In this document: in pieces, positions 9,801 through 18,713 of the stretch
Position numbering within the stretch: position 1 is the first letter of the stretch
Layout: every line of letters begins with the position of its first letter
DNA from: an uncultured Caldisericota bacterium
GTDB taxonomy: Bacteria; Caldisericota; Caldisericia; B22-G15
Direction: 5' to 3'
NCBI GenBank assembly: GCA_964640995.1
Contig: CAZXJJ010000006.1
Coordinates: forward strand, 1,964-65,963
Length of the DNA stretch: 64,000 nt
The notes under the pieces: model-generated
The model's database searches: none
The model's input: the letters and a program-made list of their open reading frames with translations, nothing else
Told to the model about the DNA's origin: nothing
Made by a program: the position numbers and the translations under genes

Positions 9801-10892
9801 TGCGCAAAGTGTTATGGTAGAGACCTATCAACTGGTAAACTCGTAAACCTAGGAGAAGCAGTTGGTATAATTGCCTCTCAATCAATAGGTGAACCAGGTA
9901 CACAATTAACTTTAAGAACTTTCCATACAGGAGGAATTGCAGCAAAAGACATAACTTCTGGTTTACCAAGAGTTGAGGAACTTTTTGAAGTTAGAAAACC
10001 AAAAGGTAGTGCAATAATTTCAGATGTATCTGGTTATGTAACAATTAGAGATGAAGAGGATGCAAGAAAAATAATAATAACGCCAAGGACAAGGGAAATA
10101 GCTGTAAATCTTTATGAAAGATTGATGGAGAAATTAAATGATTTAGGTTCAAATGATACCAACTCTTCAATAAGTGAACTAGACTTAGATAAAGATATTT
10201 TAGAAGTTTTATCTGAAAATAAATTTGAAAAATTAAAAGATATTGTAAATCTTGATAAAGAGGAGTTAATCAGAAAATTAATTGGAAAAGAAACAATTTA
10301 TATTGTTCCATATGGAAGAACACTAAGAGTTCAAAATGGAGATTTTGTTAATGTTGGTGATAGATTAACAGAAGGTCCATTAGATCCTCACAAGATTTTC
10401 CAAATAAAAGGTCTTAGAGAAACAGAGCAATATCTTTTACAAGAAATTCAAAAAGTTTATAAGAGTCAAGGTGTTACTATAAATGATAAACATATAGAAA
10501 TAATATTAAGAGAGTTAACAAGAAAAGCAATAATAATTAATCCAGGAGATACAGAATTTTTTCCAGGACAAGAGGTTGAGAGAAGTGAGGTAGAAGAAGA
10601 AAATAGAGTTGCAAAAGCAGAAAATAAAATGCCTGCAACTTATAAAATTTTACTATTAAGATTAACTAAAGCTGCTCTTTCTGCAGATTCATTCTTATCA
10701 GCTTCATCATTCCAAGAAACAACAAAAATTCTTGCAGAAGCAGCAATAAGTGGAAAAATAGATACATTAGAAGGTCTAAAAGAAGCGATAATAGTTGGAA
10801 GTATGATACCAGTTGGAACTGGTTTTTCGGAGTATGAAAGAATAAAAGTTGTCGAGAAAAAAGAGTTAGTAGAAGAAAGGGAGAGCGTATAA
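6843..10892 (+). CDS. rpoC: DNA-directed RNA polymerase subunit beta'
   Basis: TTG start preceded by GGAGGTG. N-terminal zinc finger [23 protein letters not shown], catalytic NADFDGD, and further conserved beta' blocks. Contains lineage-specific insertions around aa 780-980. Confidence 0.97.
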   Translation: [1349 protein letters not shown]

Positions 10893-10916
10893 GTTCTCCC
10901 TTTAAGATTTCATTTA

Positions 10917-11591
10917 ATGAAGGGAACACTTTTTAATATCCTCACAGTAATTTTAGGAAGTTCTATTGGAATTATAATGGGTTCGAAATTTCCAGAAAGA
11001 ATAAAAAAGATAGCTTTTGATGGTGTTGGACTTTCTTCTTTAACCCTTGGAATTATGCTTTCTCTAAAGACAGACAACATAATAATAATGGTTTTTTCAA
11101 TACTTTTTGGAGGAATAATAGGTGAACTTTTAAAAATTGAGGAATTTTTAAATGGGATAGGTGATAGAATAAAATCAAAAATAAAATCAGATTCTCCTTT
11201 TACTGAGGGTTTTATAACCTCAACTCTTGTTTTTTGTGTTGGATCAATGGCAATAATAGGTTCTATAAATGAAGGTTTAACCGGCGATGCAACAATTCTA
11301 TACACAAAATCAATTTTAGATGGCATAACTTCAATAGCTTTATCTTCTGCTCTTGGCATAGGTGTAATGTTTTCTATTTTCCCTATTTTAATTTATCAAG
11401 GAGGAATAACTTTATTATCAACCTTAATTAAAGGTTTATTTACTGAACACACAATAAATATGATTACAGGGGTTGGTGGTGTTTTAATAATAGGTATAGG
11501 ACTTAATCTTCTTGGATTAAAAAAAATAAAATTATCAAATTTTTTACCAGCATTAATAATTGCATTTATTCTATCGCTCTTTATCAAATAA
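10917..11591 (+). CDS. DUF554-family (YqgA/YdfK-like) integral membrane protein
   Basis: 224 aa, about 6 hydrophobic helices. Pattern ...GSSIGIIMGSKFPERIKKIAFDGVGL...STLVFCVGSMAIIGSINEGLTGDATILYTKSILDGITS... resembles the DUF554 family. This is a family-level call from memory. Confidence 0.55.
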   Translation: MKGTLFNILTVILGSSIGIIMGSKFPERIKKIAFDGVGLSSLTLGIMLSLKTDNIIIMVFSILFGGIIGELLKIEEFLNGIGDRIKSKIKSDSPFTEGFITSTLVFCVGSMAIIGSINEGLTGDATILYTKSILDGITSIALSSALGIGVMFSIFPILIYQGGITLLSTLIKGLFTEHTINMITGVGGVLIIGIGLNLLGLKKIKLSNFLPALIIAFILSLFIK

Positions 11592-11597
11592 AACCTC

Positions 11598-11625
11598 TTG
11601 AAATTTTTCAAAATTCTAATATACT
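11598..11625 (+). promoter_or_regulatory. Sigma-A type promoter for the tRNA operon (TTGAAA-N16-TATACT)
   Basis: TTGAAA 11598-11603, 16-nt spacer, TATACT 11620-11625. The predicted TSS is about 6-8 nt before tRNA-Pro (11639). Confidence 0.5.
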
Positions 11626-11638
11626 TTTTATTTGATGT

Positions 11639-11716
11639 CGGGGCGTGGCGCAATTTGGCTAGCGCGCATGTTTTGGGTACATGAGGTTGGAGGTTCGAAT
11701 CCTCTCGCCCCGACCA
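11639..11716 (+). tRNA. tRNA-Pro (anticodon TGG)
   Basis: Cloverleaf folded by hand: acceptor cggggcg/cgccccg, D-arm gcgc..gcgc, anticodon stem catgt/acatg with loop ttTGGgt, T-arm ggagg-ttcgaat-cctct, encoded CCA. Confidence 0.88.
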
Positions 11717-11721
11717 TATTT

Positions 11722-11798
<77 letters not shown>

Positions 11799-11799
11799 T

Positions 11800-11877
11800 G
11801 GTGGACGTAGCTCAATTGGTTAGAGCGTCGGACTGTGGATCCGATGGTTGCGAGTTCGAGTCTCGTCGTCCACCCCA
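11800..11877 (+). tRNA. tRNA-His (anticodon GTG) with encoded G-1
   Basis: Extra 5' G (11800) pairing with discriminator C, acceptor gtggacg/cgtccac, anticodon loop ctGTGga, T-arm gcgag-ttcgagt-ctcgt, CCA. Confidence 0.88.
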
Positions 11878-11880
11878 TTC

Positions 11881-11957
11881 GCGCCTATAGCTCAATAGGA
11901 TAGAGCAGCGGAGTCCTAATCCGCAGGTTGCAGGTTCGATTCCTGCTAGGCGCACCA
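11881..11957 (+). tRNA. tRNA-Arg (anticodon CCT)
   Basis: Acceptor gcgccta/taggcgc, anticodon stem gcgga/tccgc with loop gtCCTaa, T-arm gcagg-ttcgatt-cctgc, CCA. Confidence 0.85.
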
Positions 11958-11983
11958 ATGTTAAGTCGCGATTAATACAAGGT

Positions 11984-12059
11984 GGGTCGTTAGCTCAAAT
12001 GGTAGAGCACCTGACTCTTAATCAGGGTGTTACAGGTTCGAGTCCTGTACGACCCACCA
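11984..12059 (+). tRNA. tRNA-Lys (anticodon CTT)
   Basis: Acceptor gggtcgt/acgaccc, anticodon stem cctga/tcagg with loop ctCTTaa, T-arm acagg-ttcgagt-cctgt, CCA. Confidence 0.85.
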
Positions 12060-12066
12060 ATTTACT

Positions 12067-12153
12067 GCGAGGGTGGCGGAATTGGTAGACGCACTGGACT
12101 TAGGATCCAGTGGGCATTAGCCCATGCGGGTTCGAGTCCCGCCCTTCGCACCA
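12067..12153 (+). tRNA. tRNA-Leu (anticodon TAG), class II with long variable arm
   Basis: Acceptor gcgaggg/cccttcgc, anticodon stem ctgga/tccag with loop ctTAGga, long variable arm tgggcattagcccat, T-arm gcggg-ttcgagt-cccgc, CCA. Confidence 0.85.
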
Positions 12154-12159
12154 ATATAG

Positions 12160-13122
12160 ATGAAAAAGAGAATATATAAAAAAATTAAAAAGAAGAAGAT
12201 CCTTAAATATTTTATTTTTTTTATTTTAGTCATATTAGTTGGAATTTTTGGTTACTTAAAATTTATTAATTGGTGGCAACAAGAATCTCAAATAGCAGCA
12301 AGAGTAGGAAATGATATCATTACCTATGAAGATCTTGAAAATAGAATTTTATTGAATATCGGTTTAGAAAATGTATATTCACCGACTTTTCAAGAAAGAT
12401 ATGTAACTATCAAAAAGCAAGTTCTTGATGACATTATTGAGGATTCCCTTGTTATGAAATATGCAATTGAGAAAGGATATAATGCACCTGAAAAAATAGA
12501 GGGCTTCGAAGAATACACAGAGAGTGATAAATTGAGAAAATACTATGTATCTCTAATCGAAAAAGAAATTCTAAATGAAATTTCAAAAAATTTAAAAGAA
12601 GATGAACTTATAAAATATCACAATGAAAACAAAGTAGAATTTGTAAAATTAAAAGCTCAAGTTATATACATTAGTTCTGATAAAGGAGATCCAGATTACA
12701 AAGAAAAAGAGAAGAAAATAAATGAAGCATATGAAAAAATTTTAAAGGGTGTTCCTTTTGATCAAGTAGTTGAAGATTATTCTGATGAAAAAGAGAATAA
12801 TGGAATTACAGATTATTTTGATATTTTTAAATATATTGGACCTGTTAATGAAGTTATCTTTAATTTAAAGGTTGGAGAAGTTTCAAAACCAATAACTACA
12901 GTAAAAGGTTTTTATATCTTTAAAATTTTAGATAGAATTGAAGGATTTGATAAATTTAAGGATTTAGTTAAAGAAAGATACTTGAAATATAAGACAAATA
13001 TTGAATTAGCAAATTTAAAAGAAAATTTAAAATATGAAAATGAATCTATTATTATATATGGAAACAAAGTTGAAAAGTTAATAGAATGGTATAACAAAGT
13101 TTTGTTAGGTAGAGGAGGTTAA
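12160..13122 (+). CDS. PpiC/parvulin-type peptidyl-prolyl cis-trans isomerase (PrsA/SurA-like foldase)
   Basis: N-terminal signal anchor (ILKYFIFFILVILVGIFGYL), a SurA-N-like helical region, and a C-terminal parvulin domain (...NNGITDYFDIFKYIGPVNEVIFNLKVGEVSKPITTVKGFYIFKILDR). Confidence 0.7.
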   Translation: MKKRIYKKIKKKKILKYFIFFILVILVGIFGYLKFINWWQQESQIAARVGNDIITYEDLENRILLNIGLENVYSPTFQERYVTIKKQVLDDIIEDSLVMKYAIEKGYNAPEKIEGFEEYTESDKLRKYYVSLIEKEILNEISKNLKEDELIKYHNENKVEFVKLKAQVIYISSDKGDPDYKEKEKKINEAYEKILKGVPFDQVVEDYSDEKENNGITDYFDIFKYIGPVNEVIFNLKVGEVSKPITTVKGFYIFKILDRIEGFDKFKDLVKERYLKYKTNIELANLKENLKYENESIIIYGNKVEKLIEWYNKVLLGRGG

Positions 13123-13123
13123 T

Positions 13124-14308
13124 TTGAATTTAGTAATTAAAAGTTCTGATAAAAACAAAGTAAATTATGAGGTTTCTTTTGAAAAAGAGGAGATTGAAAA
13201 GGAGTATAGAGAAATTTTAAATTATTATACGAGCAAGGTAAAAATTCCTGGTTTTAGACCAGGAAAGGCTCCTCCAAATCTCGTAAAAAATATTATAGGT
13301 GAAGATACTATTTTAAATGAAATTAAAAAAAGATTAAGAGATAAAACAATTGAAAAAGTTTTCAATGAAATTAAAAATTTGTTTCCTTCTGTTGATGTAA
13401 ATTTCAGTGATTTCAAGATTGATTCTCCAATTTTTTATCTAACAACATATTTAATTCCAGATGTCAAAAGTGTAAATTTAAATGAAATAGTAGATGATCT
13501 AAAGAATGTAACAGATGAAGAAATTGAAAAAAGAATTAACCTTATCAAGGAAGAGATGAAAGAGTTTATTCCGAAAGAAGGTATTATTGAAAAATGGAAT
13601 TATGTAATTTTAAAATATAAATTTTTAGACAACATTGAGGAAAAAGAAACTTCTTTTATTGTTGGAGAAGGTAAAAATTTGTTTGAAGGATATGTTTTAG
13701 GAATGAAAATTGGTGATAAAAAAGAAATCGAAATTCAAGGAAATAAATTAGAGATCGAAATTATTGAGATAAAAACTCCAAAATATCCTGAATTAGATGA
13801 AAAATTTTTTAAAGATTTTGATGTTTCAAATCTGGATGAATTTAAAGAGAAAGTTAAGAACACAATTATTAAAGAGAGATTTAGTGATGAATTTATTGAA
13901 TCTTATATAAATAAAAAGTTAACAGAAACAAATGATTTTTATGTTCCTAAAACTTATATTGATGACGAAACAAATCATAGGATCGAGCACCTTAAAGAAG
14001 AACTTTTGAAAAGTGGTATAACTCTTGAAGATTTTCTTAAAGCAAGGAATGAGTCTTTTGAAGATCTAAAAGAAAGTTTTGATAAAAGTTCTCAAGATCA
14101 AATAAAACTTGACATTATTTTAAGTTTACTTTCAAAAGATATTCAAATATCTGATGATGATATAAAAAATTATTTTCCTGATAACTACCAATATATAATT
14201 AAGGATAATGAACAAAAAGAAAGAGTTGAGTCTTATATCAAAAAGTTAAAATTTATAAAAAGTTTAATAAATGAGATAAAAAATATTGGTGGAGCAGACG
14301 GGATTTGA
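13124..14308 (+). CDS. tig: Trigger factor
   Basis: TTG start. The N-terminal ribosome-binding signature ...YTSKVKIPGFRPGKAPPNLVK is followed by an FKBP-like middle domain and a C-terminal arm. The last 22 nt of the ORF overlap a convergent tRNA-Ala, so the true stop may be as called or the tail may be a fortuitous extension. Confidence 0.85.
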   Translation: MNLVIKSSDKNKVNYEVSFEKEEIEKEYREILNYYTSKVKIPGFRPGKAPPNLVKNIIGEDTILNEIKKRLRDKTIEKVFNEIKNLFPSVDVNFSDFKIDSPIFYLTTYLIPDVKSVNLNEIVDDLKNVTDEEIEKRINLIKEEMKEFIPKEGIIEKWNYVILKYKFLDNIEEKETSFIVGEGKNLFEGYVLGMKIGDKKEIEIQGNKLEIEIIEIKTPKYPELDEKFFKDFDVSNLDEFKEKVKNTIIKERFSDEFIESYINKKLTETNDFYVPKTYIDDETNHRIEHLKEELLKSGITLEDFLKARNESFEDLKESFDKSSQDQIKLDIILSLLSKDIQISDDDIKNYFPDNYQYIIKDNEQKERVESYIKKLKFIKSLINEIKNIGGADGI

Positions 14309-14361
14309 ACCCGCGACCTCATCCTTGCGAAGGATGCGCTCTCCCTCTGAGCCACTGCCCC
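14287..14361 (-). tRNA. tRNA-Ala (anticodon CGC)
   Basis: The reverse complement folds as ggggcag..ctgctcc acceptor with G3:U70 Ala identity pair, anticodon loop ttCGCaa, T-arm gcggg-ttcaaat-cccgt, CCA. Confidence 0.85.
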
Positions 14362-14378
14362 AAAAAAAAAAAAAAAAA
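14362..14378. repeat. Homopolymeric A17/T17 tract abutting the 5' end of tRNA-Ala(CGC)
   Basis: Seventeen consecutive A on the + strand between the two convergent tRNA genes. Confidence 0.95.
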
Positions 14379-14414
14379 CTTGTGTATTTATATATTTTGT
14401 ATTTTCTTAATTTA

Positions 14415-14508
14415 TGGCGGAGAGAGCGGGATTCGAACCCGCGAGGCGGGTTTTAACCCACCTACCCGCTTTCCAGGCGGGTGCCTTCGGCCACTCAGCC
14501 ATCTCTCC
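14415..14508 (-). tRNA. tRNA-Ser (anticodon GGA), class II
   Basis: The reverse complement gives ggagaga-tg-gct-gagtggccgaa-ggc-a-cccgc-ctGGAaa-gcggg, a 22-nt variable arm, gcggg-ttcgaat-cccgc, tctctcc-g-cca; 94 nt. Confidence 0.85.
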
Positions 14509-14547
14509 TAAAGTTTATTATATTAAAAAAATCTTTTATGTAAATAT

Positions 14548-15096
14548 TTATTTTTTCTGTTTATTCTTATAAAAATCTTCGCTTTTATTTAAATTATGAT
14601 TTGGAACACCCTCAATGTATTCTTTAATTACCTTTAAAAATCTTTTATGGAATAAAAGAAGATTTATAATTATCCAGATAAAAATTGTAACTTTTAAGTC
14701 TTCATAATTTAAAATTGCAATTATAAAAGGAGAGAAAGTCACTGGTGCCTGTATAGTCATTAAAAGAGTTTTGTTGTAATAAAAAATTAGAACAAAGAAG
14801 AAAATAACATTGTATAAAATAAAGATTTTTTCATTAACATAATTAATAATAAATAAATAGAAGAAAAAAGACCACTCAAAAAATAGATCTATTTGAAAAT
14901 CATATTTACCAAGTTTACCTTCTTTATTGGTTAATCTTGCAAAAAATCCATCTAATATATCAGTTGTCCAACCAAATAGAATTGTGTAGAAATAAAGATG
15001 AAAATTATTAATATTAAAGAGAGCAAGATATAAAATAAACAATCCACTTAATATCCTTAATAATGTAAATAAATCAGACAACATCTTTAACCTCAT
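14548..15096 (-). CDS. CDP-alcohol phosphatidyltransferase family protein (PgsA-like)
   Basis: Polytopic membrane protein carrying the family motif D-x2-DG-x2-AR-x8-G-x3-D-x3-D (TDILDGFFARLTNKEGKLGKYDFQIDLF). Confidence 0.75.
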   Translation of the reverse strand: MRLKMLSDLFTLLRILSGLFILYLALFNINNFHLYFYTILFGWTTDILDGFFARLTNKEGKLGKYDFQIDLFFEWSFFFYLFIINYVNEKIFILYNVIFFFVLIFYYNKTLLMTIQAPVTFSPFIIAILNYEDLKVTIFIWIIINLLLFHKRFLKVIKEYIEGVPNHNLNKSEDFYKNKQKK

Positions 15097-15143
15097 TTTT
15101 ATTGTATAATAATTAAAAGATTTTAAAAAGATTAGGAGGTTTT

Positions 15144-16574
15144 ATGATTAGAGTTAGATTTCCACCATCTCCAACTGGTTTTATGCATATAGGAAATGTA
15201 AGAACTGCTCTCTTTAACTTTCTTTTTGCAAGAAAAAATAATGGAAAATTTGTTTTAAGAATAGAAGATACAGATAAAGAAAGATCTAAAAAAGAATATG
15301 AAGATGATATTATTGAAGGCTTAAAGTGGCTTAATATTAACTGGGATGAAGGACCTGATATAGGTGGTCCTTATGGACCATATAGGCAATCTGAAAGATT
15401 AGATATTTATAAATTTTATATAAATAGACTATTAGAAGAAGATAAAGCATATCTATGTTTTTGTAGTGAAGAAGAAATAGAGAAAGACAGAGAGGAAATG
15501 CTTAAAAAAGGTTTAATGCCGAAATATTCAAGAAAATGTAGAAATTTAAGTAAAGAGCAAATAGACGAAAAATTAAAAGAAAATCCAAATCCAGTAGTAA
15601 GATTTAAGACACCTCTTAATGGAGAGGTAGTTGTAGAAGATGAATTAAGAGGTAATTTAGCTTTTCCAATTGAAAATCTTGATGATTTTGTAATTATGAG
15701 GTCAGATGGAATGCCAACATATAATTTTGCTGTTGTTATTGATGATGCGCTAATGAAAATAAACTATGTAATAAGAGGAGAAGACCATCTACATGGAAAT
15801 ACACCAAGACAAATTTTACTATATAAATCTCTTGACTTTCCTTTGCCTAAATTTGTTCATCTGCCAATGATACTTGGAGAGGATCACACAAAACTTTCAA
15901 AAAGACATGGTTCTGTTTCATTAAGAGATTATAGAAATGAAGGTTATTTACCTGAAGCACTTGTAAATTATATGGCACTTTTGGGATTTTCTCCTAAAAC
16001 AAAAGAAAAAGAGATTTTTTCTCTTCAAGAATTAATAGAAGAGTTTAGTATTGAAAATCTCTCAAAAAGCAATGCAATTTTTTCACCTTCAAAAATTAGA
16101 TGGATGAACCATAAATATATTGAGATGTTATCTTTAGATGAACTTTTTTCAAGAGTTAAGAAATTTTATATAAATCAAAATTTAGTTTTAAAAAGTGATG
16201 AATGGTTAAAAGATTTTCTAAGATTAATGAGAGATCACATTTTTGTTATAAGCGATGTAAAAAAATTAATTGATGAAATATTTAAACCAGAAGATATATT
16301 AGAGGAAAAAATTTTTTACTTAAAAGAGAATAAAAATTTAATTATTGAATTTTATAATGCCATAAAAGCAATTGATAATTGGGAGGAGAATAATATTTTA
16401 AATTTGATAAAAGAAGTTGGAAAAAAACTTTCAATTAAAGGAAAAAATCTTTATCATCCACTAAGAGTTCTTATTACTCATAAAGATGAGGGACCTGAAA
16501 TTTACATCTACATATATCTTTTGGGTAAAGAGGAGACTTTAAAAAGATTTGAGGAGGTAATTAGTAAGTTATGA
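15144..16574 (+). CDS. gltX: Glutamyl-tRNA synthetase (copy 1)
   Basis: MIRVRFPPSPTGFMHIGNVRTALFNFLFAR...LRIEDTD (HIGH-type), zinc-binding CFC...C, KLSKRHG (KMSKS). AGGAGG RBS at 15133-15138. Confidence 0.93.
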   Translation: MIRVRFPPSPTGFMHIGNVRTALFNFLFARKNNGKFVLRIEDTDKERSKKEYEDDIIEGLKWLNINWDEGPDIGGPYGPYRQSERLDIYKFYINRLLEEDKAYLCFCSEEEIEKDREEMLKKGLMPKYSRKCRNLSKEQIDEKLKENPNPVVRFKTPLNGEVVVEDELRGNLAFPIENLDDFVIMRSDGMPTYNFAVVIDDALMKINYVIRGEDHLHGNTPRQILLYKSLDFPLPKFVHLPMILGEDHTKLSKRHGSVSLRDYRNEGYLPEALVNYMALLGFSPKTKEKEIFSLQELIEEFSIENLSKSNAIFSPSKIRWMNHKYIEMLSLDELFSRVKKFYINQNLVLKSDEWLKDFLRLMRDHIFVISDVKKLIDEIFKPEDILEEKIFYLKENKNLIIEFYNAIKAIDNWEENNILNLIKEVGKKLSIKGKNLYHPLRVLITHKDEGPEIYIYIYLLGKEETLKRFEEVISKL

Positions 16575-18022
16575 TAAAAGTTTATAATACATTATCAAGA
16601 AAAAAAGAAGAATTTGTGCCAAGAGAAAAAAATAAAGTTTATATGTATGTTTGTGGATTAACTCCCGATAATTATCCACATATAGGACATGCAAGACCAC
16701 TTGTTATTTATGATACAATTAAAAGATATTTAAAATTTAAAGGTTATGATGTTAAATATGTACAAAATTATACAGATATAGATGATAAGATAATAAAGAG
16801 AAGTTTAGAATGGGGTTTACCTCCTAAAGAAATTGCAGAAACTTTCATAAATATGTACAAAAGATATATTGAGTTATTGAATATAGATATAGATGGGAAT
16901 ATATATCCAAGAGTAACTGAAAATATAGATGATATTATAAAAATGGTCAAAGATCTTCAAGATAAAGGATATGCTTATGAAACAGATACAGGAGTTTATT
17001 TTGAAGTTAATAAATTTGAGAGTTATGGCAAACTTTCAAATAGAAAAATTGATGAACTCCTTAAAGGTGTAAGAATTGAAGTTGATGAAACAAAAAAGGA
17101 CCCTCTTGATTTTGCCTTATGGAAAAAGGCAAAAGAAGGTGAAATCTCATGGGATTCACCTTGGGGAAAAGGAAGACCTGGTTGGCATATTGAATGTTCG
17201 GTAATGTCTATAAAATATCTTGATTTTGGGTTTGATATTCATGGTGGTGGAATAGATTTGATTTTTCCTCATCACGAAAATGAGATTGCCCAGGGTGAAG
17301 CATGGAAAGGAGATAGTCCAGTTGTAAAATATTGGCTTCATAATGGATTAATAACAATTAATAAAGAAAAAATGTCAAAATCACTTGGAAATATTTTAAC
17401 TATAGAGGATATAATAAAAAAGTATGAACCTGAAGTTTTAAGACTGTTTCTTTTATCATCTGATTATCACTCGCCAATAGATTACTCTGAAGAGAAAATG
17501 GAAAAGACAAGAAATGAATATTACAAAATAAGAGAATTTTATTCTATTGTTGAGGACTTATCTAAAAGGGAAGACCTGAGCGATGAAAACTCTAAAAAAA
17601 TTATTGATTCAATATTTAATGAATTTATTGATTTTATGGATGATGATTTCAATACACAAGGTGCTATTGGAACTATATTTAAGTTAATTAATAAATTCAA
17701 CTCAAAAGAGATAATAGGAGAGTATAAACTCTTAAAAGATATTTTAAACAAGATGTTAAATATTTTAGGAATTAAGATATCATTTAAAGTTGTTGAAAAT
17801 TTAAAAGAAGAGTTAATTAAGATATTAAAAGAGTATAATCTGTATTCAAATGAATATGATGAATTAGAAGAAAATGAGTTAATTAAAAAAATAATAGATG
17901 AAAGAAAAAAAATGAGAGAGAATAAAGAATTTGAAAAATCAGATGAAATAAGACAAAGATTAAGCGAATTGGGATACGAGATAAGAGATGGAAGAAGAGA
18001 AACAATTATATTTAAACGATAA
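16571..18022 (+). CDS. cysS: Cysteinyl-tRNA synthetase
   Basis: ...YMYVCGLTPDNYPHIGHARPLVIYDTIKRYL..., Zn-site WHIECS, KMSKSLGN. The start overlaps the gltX stop (ATGA). Confidence 0.93.
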   Translation: MIKVYNTLSRKKEEFVPREKNKVYMYVCGLTPDNYPHIGHARPLVIYDTIKRYLKFKGYDVKYVQNYTDIDDKIIKRSLEWGLPPKEIAETFINMYKRYIELLNIDIDGNIYPRVTENIDDIIKMVKDLQDKGYAYETDTGVYFEVNKFESYGKLSNRKIDELLKGVRIEVDETKKDPLDFALWKKAKEGEISWDSPWGKGRPGWHIECSVMSIKYLDFGFDIHGGGIDLIFPHHENEIAQGEAWKGDSPVVKYWLHNGLITINKEKMSKSLGNILTIEDIIKKYEPEVLRLFLLSSDYHSPIDYSEEKMEKTRNEYYKIREFYSIVEDLSKREDLSDENSKKIIDSIFNEFIDFMDDDFNTQGAIGTIFKLINKFNSKEIIGEYKLLKDILNKMLNILGIKISFKVVENLKEELIKILKEYNLYSNEYDELEENELIKKIIDERKKMRENKEFEKSDEIRQRLSELGYEIRDGRRETIIFKR

Positions 18023-18713
18023 TTATATAATTTTTAACAAAAATGAAATTTTAGAAGCAATAAAAGAAAATAAACTTTTGAAGGTAATATTTAGATATGG
18101 TTATAAAAATAAAGAATTAGAGGATTCATTGAAACAAAATAAAATACCAATTACTTACAAAGGTGATGAGTTTTTTAAAAAGTTTGATAAAAAAATTAAT
18201 TTTTTAGGTTATACTTCACCTATTAATATCTATTCATTAAATGAGATAAAATTTAATAGAGACGACTTTTATGTTTTACCTTTAAATATTGAAGATCCAC
18301 ACAATCTCGGAGCAATAATTAGAAGTGCAGAAATTTTTGGTGCAAAAGGAATAATTTTGCCTAAAAGAAGAAGTTCCCCTATAACAAGTACAGTTATTAA
18401 AACATCAACTGGAGCAATTTTTCATTTAAAGATTTATGAATTCAGTGGAGTTATAAATTCAATAAAGGAATTAAAAAAGAAAGGTTTTTGGATTATTTCG
18501 ATTGATTTGAAAGGTAATATAGAATTACATAATTTTAAACCTAATAAACCTTTTATTTTAATAATAGGTGGTGAAGATAAAGGAATCAATCAAAAAGTCA
18601 TTGAAGAAAGTGATTTTGTTGTTAAAATAAAAACATTTGGTAAAACTGATAACCTAAATGCCTCTGTTGCTTTAGGAATTGCTCTTTATGAATTGACAAA
18701 ACCTATTCAATAA
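17988..18713 (+). CDS. rlmB: TrmH/SpoU-family 23S rRNA (Gm2251) 2'-O-methyltransferase (RlmB-like)
   Basis: N-terminal substrate-binding domain, then the SpoU methylase domain (...LNIEDPHNLGAIIRSAEIFGAKGIILPKRRSSPITSTVIKTSTGA...LIIGGEDKGIN...NLNASVALGIALYEL). The annotated ATG overlaps the cysS end by 35 nt, so the exact start is uncertain. Confidence 0.8.
   Translation: MEEEKQLYLNDNYIIFNKNEILEAIKENKLLKVIFRYGYKNKELEDSLKQNKIPITYKGDEFFKKFDKKINFLGYTSPINIYSLNEIKFNRDDFYVLPLNIEDPHNLGAIIRSAEIFGAKGIILPKRRSSPITSTVIKTSTGAIFHLKIYEFSGVINSIKELKKKGFWIISIDLKGNIELHNFKPNKPFILIIGGEDKGINQKVIEESDFVVKIKTFGKTDNLNASVALGIALYELTKPIQ

Noticed and set aside
9237-9969. Several 60-65-aa minus-strand ORFs inside rpoC, plus similar small antisense ORFs inside rpoB, leuS, polA, pheT and others
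   Set aside because: They are fully embedded antisense to highly conserved genes, with hydrophobic or low-complexity translations, and are treated as noise.
14305-14511. 68-aa + strand ORF (MNPRPHPCEGCALPLSHC...)
   Set aside because: It lies entirely across the two antisense tRNA genes and the A17 tract, so it is spurious.
15097-15143. T-box riboswitch leaders upstream of gltX, cysS, leuS or pheS
   Set aside because: The intergenic leaders are too short (about 20-60 nt) and lack the T-box sequence AATTAGGGTGGTACCGCG-like antiterminator core.
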